From positions 15,950,317 to 16,014,316 of the forward strand of contig NC_068993.1 in assembly GCF_001194135.2 (NCBI RefSeq): 64,000 nt of DNA, given 5' to 3'. This DNA is from Octopus bimaculoides. Lineage: Eukaryota. The notes beneath the pieces are model-generated. The model saw only the letters and a program-made list of their open reading frames with translations. It made no database searches and was not told the DNA's origin. The first letter of the stretch is position 1. Every line of letters starts with the position of its first letter. Positions 51,961 through 64,000 of the stretch are shown here, one piece after another. A program made the translations under genes and the position numbers.

Positions 51961-54329
51961 GTGTGTATAACATTTATAATATTCATACAAATGTAGAATG
52001 CCTCTGTAAAATTTTATATGTAAATTTTATCGCAGGGAAATTTCTCAGAAGTGAATTGTGTTAGAGAAACACAGCTCGGTAAGAATGCCATTGGTGGATT
52101 GTCAGATATTATGTTTCTTACAATTAAATGAACCTTTTGTTTATGGATTTCTATATCGGAACATTTTTTGTTTTTTTTTTCGGTGGGGGGGATTTTTTCG
52201 GCTTACTCCAGAACGTCGGGGATGATTGTCACTGACGAAACCAAATGACGTCAAAACAGCATGTCATACAATCTGCAAACGATATTGTTTTGTAATAGCA
52301 GAATATGTTACATATCAAGATCTTTCGTCAATTAATGATCAAGTCATTTATAGTGTTATTCTTCACTCTATAAAGTTATTAACTTGGTTCAATGTTTCCT
52401 GACAGTGCTGAAAATTCGTGAATTGCAGGAAGAAATTTTGGAATACCGGAAGGAAATTTGGGAATTATCCTTATACTAAAAATTTTCTTTGTAGTCATCG
52501 TTTTCTTTTACTTTATTTTTTGTAGACATTTATCTCCCTTCATACTAAATTTAAGCATGCTAATGTTAAATTAATAAAATGCTGTTAATACTATGCAATA
52601 AACATTTATTGTATATGTGTATATATACGTGCGTGTGAGTGTATGTAACTCCATATATACACGCACACACACACGCACGCACACACACAGTGATAAAGAG
52701 ATTTTCCACATTTGTAATTTTATTACACAGTTAATACAGCATTCCCCCCCTTGAAGCTATGCGCGAGTCGGCTGCATCAACTGCACACTGCTAAGTGTGC
52801 ATCTTGGTGTACATCTTCAAATACGTAGCCATGTTATTTCTCCCATATATATATATAAACATTCCGAGTTCGAAGCCTCTCATCATCAACTATTTATAGT
52901 TGCAAAGTTTAATGTGGTCGAACCAACACTTGTTGTTTTTCTCTCTCCTCGTTTTATTTTAATTTTCCGAAACTTTATTTAATATAAAATAAAGTTTGCA
53001 ATTTGTTAAAGAAGTCTGCAATATTTGTGTTTCTATTCCATCTTGACTTTGATGCTAAAAATACATTTTGTTTTCAAACGTTATCTCTTTTGAAACTTCG
53101 TAAATATTCCGCAAACTTTTGTGTATTGCTGTAGCAGGAAGAGCTAATCACCACACCTCATTGGTGGCTACACCCACCAGTCACAAATCTAGGAAAAAAT
53201 TATAACGCAGTTTCTAAATATGAAATCAGTAAAAAAGGAAAAAATACTTGTAACAGCGAAATGATAAACACCAGACAAGAGAAGAAAATAATAACATTAC
53301 GACAAATAGCGGTGAGAATATTGACTTAAATAATACATGAATCGAAAATGTAAACAACAAGAAGAATGACGATGATGGCAACAAACATACATTGACGAGA
53401 GCCAAGGAAAAACATGGATATTTTAGATTTAAGCAAAACAACAATAACTGCAATAACAAAGAGAAGAGTAAAACAGTAGCAGAAATCATAGAAAGAAATA
53501 ACACCACTTGTACCACCACCACCATCACCACCACCACCACCAACACCACCAACACCACCACCACCACCACCACCACCACCACCACCACCACCACCACTGT
53601 TATAAACATCATTGACTTAACACCGTCACTAGCAGAGTAGTTGCTATCAGTTTCGCTAACGGTTTGTTTACGTCCGACACAAGGTCTAATTCCTATATCG
53701 CCACAAGATATAAAAGACGGCAAGAATATGATAAGCTCAGAAGAAAAATTACATTAATCGTGTCACAGCCTATCTAGGAGGATTATAGTACTGTAAAGGG
53801 TTGAATATCAAACGGGAGGTGCTAGAGACGCAAGACCAAGTCGAAAAGTGCCTCAAATCAATTTGGTAATCAAAATCTACGTGGCTTGAGAGAGGATTCG
53901 ATACAGTTCAGGTGAGGTTTCCGACCGATATCGAAGCCAACGAATGCTCTGTGGCTTTCCTATAAAGTTTTTTTCTCTGGCCCTCACAATAATCTACTTC
54001 GGCTATATAGTGGGGTTAAAACAGAGAATGATTGATGTATCCCAGAGGGCAGAAGACAAGTTGACACATATGTGGTACCAACAACCATCTAAGGGATTTC
54101 TGTCCACTTCAAAAAAGAGAGAGAGAAGGGAGGCCCTACGCAATTACTGTTGGCTATACCATTACCAAAAAGTACACTAACATCAACAACGTGAAATATA
54201 AGCTCTGCAATGTTAGATCTAAGGCAAATGAACGAAACTCAAAGGAGCGAAAGTCGATCGATAAGCCTGGTGGCAGAGGTGCTGCGCATCAACACATTCA
54301 CAACACTACAAACATGGAGAATAGTATTG

Positions 54330-54571
54330 GCAATAAACTATAATCTAATTATTTACATTATTTACACTTCACAGATATTTGTCCTTATCTTGTTTGTTGT
54401 TAACACGTTTCGGCTGATATACCGACCAGCCTTCATCAGGTGCCTTGCGGAAATTTCGAACCTGGGTTCTCATTCCTAAGGTATTTTTCGATGTTGTTAT
54501 TATTATTATTATTATCATTATTACTATTATTATTATTATTATCATCATCATCATTATTATTATTATCATCA

Positions 54572-54606
<35 letters not shown>

Positions 54607-54685
54607 TTTATTCAGGTCACTACGTGGAATCAAACTCGGAATCTTGGGGTTAGTAGCCCGCGCTCATAACCACTACGCCATATGC
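54330..54685 (-). mobile_element. Composite element: tRNA-like head (54612-54685), (TAA/TGA)n spacer, hammerhead-bearing segment (core 54401-54443)
   Basis: Minus strand: GCATATGGCGTAGTGGTTATGAGCGCGGGCTACTAACCCCAAGATTCCGAGTTTGATTCC...CCTGAA, ~110 nt of TAA/TGA repeats, then ...GGCAC-CTGATGA-A-GGCTG(GTCGGTATAT)CAGCC-GAAA-C-GTG. Confidence 0.7.
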
Positions 54686-54740
54686 TCTGTGGCGTTCCTG
54701 TAAAGTAATTTATCTGGCCCTCGCAGTGATCTACTTCGGC

Positions 54741-54829
54741 TATATAGTGATTAAGATCCCGGGCTACTAACCATCAGATTCCGAGTTCGATTCCAGGCAA
54801 TGACCTGAATAATAATAATNNNNNNNNNN

Positions 54830-54900
<71 letters not shown>
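54741..54900 (+). mobile_element. Second copy of the same tRNA-like head plus (TAA)n, inverted relative to 54612-54685
   Basis: tagtgattaagatcccgggctactaaccatcagattccgagttcgattccaggcaatgacctgaataataat. Confidence 0.8.
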
Positions 54901-54902
<2 letters not shown>

Positions 54903-55129
54903 CTCGAGCTGAAATCTTTTGCAACTTGTAGAAACGCTTAGAAATGTCCAGTGGCATTACTTCCGGCTTTACGATTTGGTTTCACTTGCCGCCTGGCATA
55001 CGGCTTAGTAGCCTTTATCTTTGGGTTCTAATCCAGCCTTATGTACTTTGACTTTCATTTCTCTCAAGGGTGGATAAGGAATTTGTTGGTGATAGTTTAA
55101 TCCACTAATCCTTATCAGCAATGACTTAT

Positions 55130-55162
<33 letters not shown>

Positions 55163-56800
55163 GTAGATGTGATCCTATTTCGTTTTCACTTACGGGAGAA
55201 ATTCCTTAGAGGGGGAAAAAAGAAAATTACGCTCTTTCATATCTGCGCTCCCCAAATATTATTTACACGTATCGAAGAAGAGAAGAAAGATTATCCAGTG
55301 TTTGAATGAAATGAGAAAGAAAGAAACAAAGAAACAAACAAACAAACAAACAAAGAAAATGAATAAAAAATACACGGAGAACGGAAGAAATGACAAAAAC
55401 GCAAAGAAGAGAAACTATCAAAATACCTTATGTGTAAATGAAATTATATATGGAGGAAAGATTTGTGCATCAAATGTATATAAGAATCAAGGAATTACGG
55501 CATCAACAAATGATGGAATAACGGAAATTTGTCATAAGACGAAAAAGCAAAGCAAAAAGAATGCCACATTTCCAAACCTACATACATACATATNNNNNNN
55601 NNNTATATATATGTATGTATGCATATATAAATACATAAATACATAAATACATATATACAAACAGATAGACGGGCAGACAAGAGTGGCAATAATGAAATAC
55701 TGCTAAGAAAAAAAATGAAAGTAAACGCCGACGTATCAAGACGAATGAGGAAGGAATATTTGATGAACGAGAATAATTACGAAAGAAAGAGAAGACATGT
55801 CATTTATAGTTCCTTCTCATTCGTTGCAACACAGTTAATTTTTGAATGTCAATATTTCATAATTATAATTGGTAGGGTCGTCAACAGATATATAAATTAA
55901 GTTCCCATCATGCCATAGTGCTTTGATAATGGCGGCTGCAAATTAGTTTTGTTTCTTTTATTGTTGTTGTTGTTTTTGCTTTTCTTTTTTTGTTCACAAA
56001 AGTGACCTGACATCTGTTATATATTTCCTATACATGCTGTGGCCATCATAACTCTTGGAGAGAACTTTATTGTTTCCAAGACAAACTGTCACCTGCAGAT
56101 ATTTCGCAATCGCACACACACCAACTCACAGACACAATACACACACACACACACAGACAATACACACACGTGTAAAAAGCACACATGTATAAGCACGTTC
56201 ATGCATGCATATTTATATACACGATCATATAGACACATATCAGTGTGTGTGAGTGTATATATATGTAAGTATGTATGTATGTATACAGAAAAAAACATGC
56301 ATAGAAATGAGATATTTTACGTTAATTCAATACGGTCGCTCTCTCTCTCTATCTCTCTCTCTCTCTCTCTATCCATCTCTATCTATTAACCTATATANNN
56401 NNNNNNNTATATATATATATATATATATATATGAATAGAGAGAAAGAAAAGAGAAAGAGAGATACATACATATATATATAAGAGAGGTACATACATACAG
56501 ATATATTATTGTGTCCGTTTGTAAGTATGTATATGTAAATATGGGTAAGTGTAAGATATCCCACACATACACAAGCATACACTATGTCAATACACATGCT
56601 TATCATACATATATAAATATATCAGACACACACACATTGTGTTACTAAAATAATCCCAAGGTCATATATATATGCGTATGTAATTTTTATATATATATAT
56701 TGTAAATATACATGTACGTGTGTGTGTGTGTTTATATATACTCATATATATNNNNNNNNNNNNNNNNNNNNNNNNNNNNNNNNNNNNNNNNNNNNNNNNN

Positions 56801-56833
<33 letters not shown>

Positions 56834-57369
56834 GCACACACGTTTGTATATGCATATATATACATATATATATTCATGCATGCAGTATGCGTGTGTACGT
56901 ACTTTATATGCATCGATGTACGTATGCATCTTAGCATGCATATAGATCATTCTCGTATATTCTCGTATATGAATGCTGCATATACGAGCATTTAACTATG
57001 TATTTGTGAGCATGCGTACTTAAATACATATCAGATGTGAGTGTATGCGCGTAAGCATGCGTCTTCACGTAATATATTACGATAGGTGTTTAGCTGTCAG
57101 TAAAATAAGGATTTTTCTAGGAAGGAACCTTTGTAATTTTTGTATTATAGAACAATTATAGATTCCTTAAGGCAACACACTATATTTTTTTGAAGCCTGT
57201 TCGTTTTTGTTTGTTTTGTTTTATTTTTACACCAGCTTACGCCATTAATCTGTCATTCTTGTCTTGTTTTATTTCATTATGTGTTGGTTTGCATTTTCTT
57301 TTTTTATACCTAAAGATCCAACTCCCGGAGCAAATGTCGATCAGAAAGAAACTCTCATCATGAGGTTAG

Positions 57370-57493
57370 ATGCGTTGATGTGTCGTTGGGTTGCTGTGGG
57401 GGATGTACGTGTGTATGGGTGTGCGGTTGTGCGATTGTGTAATCGTGTAGTTCGACTGATTATGTGCGCGTGCGCTTCTGTGCGACTGCGTAC

Positions 57494-57541
<48 letters not shown>

Positions 57542-58290
57542 TTGTGTGTGTGTGTGTGTGTGGATGTGTGTTAGTGAGGTTGTGAGTTGTGAGACTGTGT
57601 AGATACATGTTTGTGCTGGTTGAATGCCTATGTGATTGTGTTCTTGTGTAGAGATGTACATGTGCTGTTGTGAGGTTATGTAGTGATGTAGACTTGGATA
57701 TACGAGACTAGGTAAACGTGTGGTTGTGTTAATGTATGGTTGTGAGGTCGTGTCGTTGTGTTGCTGTGAGGATGTGTGAGTGTATGGACGTGCGGTTGGG
57801 CGACTGTGTAATTATGCAGTTGGTCCGATTATGTGCAGTTGTGAGTGAGCGCGTGCGTTTGTGTATGAGTGTGTATGTGTGTGTTTGCGTGTGTGTGTTG
57901 TGTGTGTTTGTTTGTGCAATTGTGAGTCTGTGTTCATGTATAGTTGTTGAGGTTGCGTCGTTTCGTTGCTGTGAGAATGTATGGACGTACGGACGAGAGT
58001 TGTGTGGCTGAGTGCACCTATGGCTTGTGTGATAGCGTAAAATATGTGGCTATGAAAGTTATGTGATTATATATGTGTGGATGTATGCCTGTGAAAGTAT
58101 ATTGATGCGTGGGTAAATCGTTGTATTGTGAATATGTGCAATGTTTGATTGCGTGTGCGTTGTTGTGTTGATATGAGGTAGTGTGGTTACGTGATTGTAT
58201 GAATGTGTAATAGTGTGGATGTATGCTTCTGTGGATGTGTTGTTATTTGTGGTATAGTGTGTGTGTGTGTGTGCGTGTGTGTGTGCGCGC
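57370..58290 (+). repeat. GT-rich degenerate repeat region with recurring units at 57380, 57750 and 57955
   Basis: gtgtcgttg.gttgctgtg.ggatgt...gtatgg..gtgcggttg.gcga.tgtgtaat recurs at 370-nt spacing. Confidence 0.75.
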
Positions 58291-58436
58291 GCGCGTTCCC
58301 TGCTTCGTTTGATCTGTGGGCATCATGGTAACATACTTCCCGAAATGCCTCCATTTAACCCCTCCATCTTCAGCTTACTACCTCATCAGTGCAATAATTG
58401 GCATTATCACCATCGTCGTAGTCGTTGACGTCATTG

Positions 58437-58472
<36 letters not shown>

Positions 58473-58566
58473 CCATCATCAGGATAATCAGCATCTCATC
58501 CACGACAATCACCGTTAATAATAGTGCTGATGATGATGACGACAATGACGTCATGGGTAAGTACCT

Positions 58567-58790
58567 ATCTTATTTCTTTATTGCCCATAGGGGGCTACAC
58601 ACAGAGAGGATAAACAAGGACAGACAAACGGATTAAGTCGATTATATCGACCCCAGTGCGTAACTGGTACTTATTTAATCGACCCCGAAAGGATGAAAGG
58701 CAAAGTCGACCTCGTCGGAATTTGAACTCAGAACGTAGCGCCAGACGAAATACCGCTAAGCATTTCGCCCGGCGTGCTAACGTTCGCCAC
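58567..58790 (-). mobile_element. Near full-length tRNA-derived SINE (gcctttcatcc core, tail type B)
   Basis: Co-linear with 46420-46654. Confidence 0.85.
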
Positions 58791-59289
58791 CATGTGTGTG
58801 TGTGTGTGTGTGTNNNNNNNNNNNNNNNNNNNNNNNNNNNNNNNNNNNNNNNNNNNNNNNNNNNNNNNNNNNNNNNNNNNNNNNNNNNNNNNNNNNNNNN
58901 NNNNNNNNNNNNNNNNNNNNNNNNNNNNNNNNNNNNNNNNNNNNNNNNNNNNNNNNNNNNNNNNNNNNNNNNNNNNNNNNNNNNNNNNNNNNNNNNNNNN
59001 NNNNNNNNNNNNNNNNNNNNNNNNNNNNNNNNNNNNNNNNNNNNNNNNNNNNNNNNNNNNNNNNNNNNNNNNNNNNNNNNNNNNNNNNNNNNNNNNNNNN
59101 NNNNNNNNNNNNNNNNNNNNNNNNNNNNNNNNNNNNNNNNNNNNNNNNNNNNNNNNNNNNNNNNNNNNNNNNNNNNNNNNNNNNNNGGGGAGTAGCCGCT
59201 CACATCCACTCCAGTGTGAATGTATACATGTGTCATACGGGTTTCCTATGTGAACAAGAATGTTTGAATGTGTGTATATGTCTGTACGT

Positions 59290-59670
59290 GGAGGCGCAAT
59301 GGCCCAGTGGTTAGGGTAGCAGACTCGCGGTCGTAGGATCACAGTTTTGATTCCCAGACCTGGCATTGTGAGTGTTTATTGAGCGAAAACACTTAAAGTT
59401 CCACGAGGCTCCGGCAGGGGGTGATGGCGAACCCTGCTGTACTCTTTCACCGCAACTTTCTCTCACTCTTTCTTCCTATTTCTGTTGTACCTGTATTTCA
59501 AAAGGTCAGCCTTGTCGCACTTTGTGTCACGTTGAATCGCCCCGAGAACTACGTTAAGAGTACACGTGCCTGTGAAGTACTCAGCCACTTGCACGTTAAT
59601 TTCACGAGCAGGCTGTTCCGTTGATCGGATCAACTGGAACCCTCGTCGTCGTAACCGACGGAGTGCCAAC
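59290..59670 (+). mobile_element. Full-length ~380-bp tRNA-derived SINE
   Basis: A-box TGGCCCAGTGG (59300-59310), degenerate B-box CAGTTTTGATTCC; the 3' half recurs at 32519. Confidence 0.85.
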
Positions 59671-60319
59671 CAATATGTCTGTACGTGTGTTTTCATGCAT
59701 GCATATATTCAAATTTTTCTTTGTATAGGTTTTTCTGTGTACAGTAATCGTTCAACTATCGCGGGTGATAGTTCCAAAACCTCGTACACGTAATGCTCAC
59801 ATCCACTCCAGTTTTCAACAGATACTCTTTTTTATCAAACCCGAAAGGATAAAAGGAAATATTGAATTTGGCAGAATTTGAACTCAGAGCACCGAATACC
59901 AGAACACATGCCACTAACACCTCTGCCAATTCGCTTCCAACCCCACCCCGCTTTATCCTCTTCTTTCTCTTCTTCATATCATCTTTTTCCTCCTTGTGAT
60001 AACTTATTTTGTCTTCAAATTTTTTCGCCTTGTTTTATGTTCTTTCTTTTTTTTATCGTTCTTGTATAGTTTCTTTTTATTTCTTCAGTTTTTATCCCTT
60101 ATAATCTTTATTTTTATTCTTTTTTCTTTCTTCGTTTTCGCTTGTTTTATTTCTATTTTTCTTTTTTCATTTTCCTTTTCAACGTTGTTTCTGTTTAATC
60201 GACGTAGTCCTCTACCTCTCCCTTGTCCTCTTTCTCTTTCATTCATTCCTCCAATTCAGCTCCTTTATATTTGTGCTTCTCTTTCATTTTCTCTTTCAAC
60301 TTCATCCTCATATTAAGCC

Positions 60320-60458
60320 GCTCACACCGCCGCCGCCGCCGCCGTCGGCGGCGTCGTCGTCATCATCATCATCATCACCGTCATCGTATCAGTCGACATC
60401 GTTATCTTCATCCATGTATAAGCCAGTAGCAACAGCAACAGCATTATCACGTACGTTG

Positions 60459-60491
<33 letters not shown>

Positions 60492-60497
60492 ACACCC

Positions 60498-60539
<42 letters not shown>

Positions 60540-60545
60540 ACACCC

Positions 60546-60576
<31 letters not shown>

Positions 60577-60833
60577 CATCATCATCATAATCATCACCAT
60601 CATCATCATCAACATCATCATCAACAGCCCTACTACTACCACCATTACTACTCAAGAACGCTTTCATTTTCGGATATCGACGTCGTATTTCACCCCCTCC
60701 ACCTCCTCCTTCTCCACCTCCTCCTCCTCCTCCTCCTCCTCCTCATCATCATCATCATCAACATCAATATCAGCCACCCCCCATACTCATTCTTATACAC
60801 CTCCCTTTTGTCATTTGTAACGTTACCAACACT

Positions 60834-60872
<39 letters not shown>

Positions 60873-61008
60873 GTCATCGTCATCGTCGTCGTTGTCATCG
60901 GTGTCGTCGTCGTCGTCATCGTCATCATCATCATCATCATCAATATCATCATCATTAATATCAACATCATCGTCGTCATCACCTTCACCATCTTCGTCAT
61001 CATCATCG

Positions 61009-61062
<54 letters not shown>

Positions 61063-61085
61063 ACAACAGCAGCAGCAGCAGCATT
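60320..61085. repeat. Large compound triplet microsatellite (CAT/CGT/CCT/CAG)
   Basis: Direct reading. The poly-S/H/M/D ORFs are artefacts. Confidence 0.95.
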
Positions 61086-62504
61086 ACCAGAGTTTCCATT
61101 GCTGTGATTATTCCAATGTCAACAGAACCATCTCCTCTTTGCCAAACCACTGTCTACACAACACGCATGCGCGCGCACATACACACACATAAACACACAC
61201 ACACACGCACATATTTACAAATAAGCACACTCACATATACTAACTCACACAAACAAACATATACTCACTCACACATACGCACATGCACACCCAACACATA
61301 AGCACACAAACACTGCCATCCACACGCGCGCACACACATGCGCACAGACATTCTGTCATACGCACGTACACACAAAGAGTCTTATCTATACTCGGTGAAA
61401 CACTACTGCTTCCTCTTCATCGCTACTCGATACTCGTGACAGAAAGAAGACTTGAAATTATGGCTTCTTCTGTTAGTCTTGAAGAAGCTCTAGAAATGTC
61501 GGCATAATTTCTAAAACGACACCAGCGATGCCACCACCATCTTCAGCACCACCAGCATCTCTGTTCGCACGCGTCTTATGTGTCTGATTCTGAGAAGCTA
61601 CAAAGGTAAACACAGCTCCAACTAGCATTATCTCCGCAACGAATATTTCAAATCATGTTTCCCACTATAACCACTATTACAGCTAGCCTTAATAACGAAA
61701 CTATGTTTGTAAAAATTCCTGTGTTTGTAATAATTCTGCGACCAAATGGTTCGAATTATCGACTTATGATCATAAAGACTGTGTTTTCAATTCCTGGACT
61801 TGGAGCTGCGTTGAATAAGAGACTCCGTTTCAGCTTATTTTATTGTTGTCAGTTGTAATGTGCTAACTGCAGCCTTCTTCGTTCTGCAGCTGTGACATCC
61901 TGTTTGTTTGATTTATAATCATAAATGTCATAGGTTCGGTTCTTGGACAGGGTAGAACGTTGAGCAAAATACTTTATTACATGTTGCTCCAGAATTATGA
62001 GCAGCGATGAGTCTTTTTTCTCTCCAGCTCTTACATCCTAAATGTGCCGCTGGATCGAGTTGCGGAAGGGATGAGAGGGTGTCTGTGTCTACTTGTGACT
62101 TCATAAGCACCTGAAACAGTTAGCAACAGTATGGTACATGTTACTAAACCATACTTGTGCGTGAGTGACGGGTGACTGCATTTCTGTTACTATAATTATT
62201 ATTACATCCCTTCTCAATCATCTTAGACCTGGCCTCCTGTGTCTAACTTTAGCCTCCACCTGGGCCCCCGAGCGAAAAACCTAAATAGTTGCATATGCAG
62301 CTCTAGAGTAATGATCGCGGGCAAACTAAGGAACAAAATCGGCTACAACTTTTTTTTTTCTACGTCTGTTATTCATTGCCGCTTTACCGGGAAACCGGCG
62401 GAGATAACGTTTAGACTATTTCGGCCATACCGGGAATACAGTGTGACAGGGATAATAACCAAAATATTATTGTGTTCATGTAACCATCTCTCTTGTGACA
62501 TACA

Positions 62505-62968
62505 CCCCAAAGGAGACAAGAAGGCAGAATCGTTAGCGTGCCGCATAAAATGCTAAAATTTCTTCCGGGTCATTTACATTCTGAGTTTAAATTCCACCGA
62601 CTTCGACTTAGTCTTTCATCTTTAAGGATTCGATAAAATCAGTACCAGTCGAGTACTGGGATTGATATAATCGATTAGGCCCTTCACCATTGCCAAATAT
62701 TAGGCCTTATGTCTCTGGTAGAAAAAATAGACATATACATTGTAAAGGCAGTGAGATGGTAAAGCCACTTCAGCGTCAAATAAATGTCTTGTGGTATTTG
62801 ATTCGTCCCTTTACGTTCTGAACTCCATGCAGCCAATATCAGCTTTGCCTTTTACTCCACCGGGGCCATTAAAATAGAGTACCAGTCAAGTACTGAGGTC
62901 GTTCACATGGACCGATTCCCACTCCACACAATTGCTGGTCTTCTGCGTAAATTAGAAAATATTATTAA
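62505..62968 (+). mobile_element. Two tandem degenerate SINEs (gcctttcatcc core, tail type A)
   Basis: Both contain the ttctga....aattcc B-box region, gtaccagtc.agtactg.g, and a ggcctt.tg...tagaaa-type tail. Confidence 0.7.
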
Positions 62969-63084
62969 AACCACCCTTACAAAAGACCAGAGCGATTATT
63001 GTAATCGTTCATGCAACTACAATTAGTATTATAGATACTCGTAACAGTCAGATTCTAAATGTAGTTTACCATCGACATTACAAC

Positions 63085-63810
63085 AATCACTGCATCCACC
63101 CTTACTAACATAACTGCTTTGTAATAACCCTTATTACTAAAATCAACATTACAGGTACCCTTAATAAATAAACCATTAGTTTAATCACCCTTATTCCTGC
63201 AGCTACTATCAGAGCCACCCTTAATAAGAAAACTATTATTGTAATCAAGGGTATCCCTGCTAGAACATTATAGCTGCACTCAATAAACAAATACCATTAG
63301 TAATAAACTCGTCACTACAACAACCATCACATCTACCCTTAATTGGCAAACTATCACGGTAATCATCCATTTCGCTACGATCAGAATTACAGCTACCCTT
63401 AATAAACAGACTATGATTGTAATTACCTTCGTCATTGCAACAACTGCAATAGCCACCGTTAATAACCAAACTATCACTGCAATCATCTTGTCACAGTAAC
63501 AGCCATTACAACCATCCTTAATAACCAATCTTTTATTGTAATATTCCTTTATATAGTATCCATCGTTACAATCACCCATTGTAAGTAAATTAATATATTA
63601 TGATTATAATATGTTATAATTGTAACTATTATAGTCGCCTTTTACAACCGAACATTGCAGCTACCCGTAATACCGCAATTACGATTGTAGCTACCTCTGT
63701 TCCTTTAGGCACCCTTACAGCAATGGTTGGTAAGTAAATTACAATTCATTGCCCCCTTATCACTACAACTGCTGTCACAGCTACCCTTAATAACCAAACT
63801 TTCATGTTAA
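63085..63810 (+). repeat. Degenerate minisatellite with a 59-60-bp period (30-bp sub-period)
   Basis: gc(t/c)acccttaataa-like motif at ~63099, 63158, 63218, 63277, 63336, 63396, 63456, 63515, 63575, 63664 and 63784. Confidence 0.8.
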
Positions 63811-64000
63811 TCTATCCTATCACTTCACTTTCATTACTCCACCCGATCAAAGAGACTGTAAATGGTTGTTAGTTTTGGTAGAAATAGCAGCCAAATATTC
63901 CTCAAATTACAACTTGCCGGCCGTCTCATAAAATCAAATCGCATTGGATAATGCTCTCCTGGGTACACTGTCAAGAAAGAATACTGAATAGTAACGGCTA

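Noticed and set aside
3098-59366. Numerous long ORFs containing X runs
   Set aside because: Artefacts of N-gaps and adjacent (AT)n/(CA)n repeats.
1-64000. CRISPR arrays, rRNA genes, intact tRNA genes, intact transposase or RT ORFs
   Set aside because: None seen. tRNA-like sequences all head SINE-like bodies, and regularly spaced repeats lack unique spacers.

Overview
AT-rich eukaryotic genomic DNA from a gapped draft assembly: about 30 N-gaps totalling roughly 9 kb, most flanked by (AT)n. It is saturated with di-, tri- and tetranucleotide microsatellites and short interspersed repeats. The repeat families look like those of octopus (coleoid cephalopod); this is my recognition from memory, not a database result. 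I recognise no cellular protein-coding gene, and nearly all ORFs in the supplied track are translations of microsatellites or gaps. Recognisable coding remnants are a frameshifted Helitron PIF1-like helicase fragment (~10.0-10.3 kb) and the frameshifted C-terminal restriction-like endonuclease end of an R4/Dong-type non-LTR retrotransposon (~28.1-28.6 kb). About 20 tRNA-derived SINE copies from several families are present. The most interesting hidden signal is five minimal type I hammerhead-ribozyme motifs in three repeat families (11.2, 32.1, 35.0, 48.0, 54.4 kb). One lies ~170 nt downstream of a tRNA-like Pol III head on the same strand, which suggests a SINE-ribozyme composite element. A ~117-bp headless element embedded in (ACAT)n occurs 3-4 times. 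A few weak candidate exons are reported as hypotheses only. Repeat boundaries are approximate (+/- 10-20 nt).
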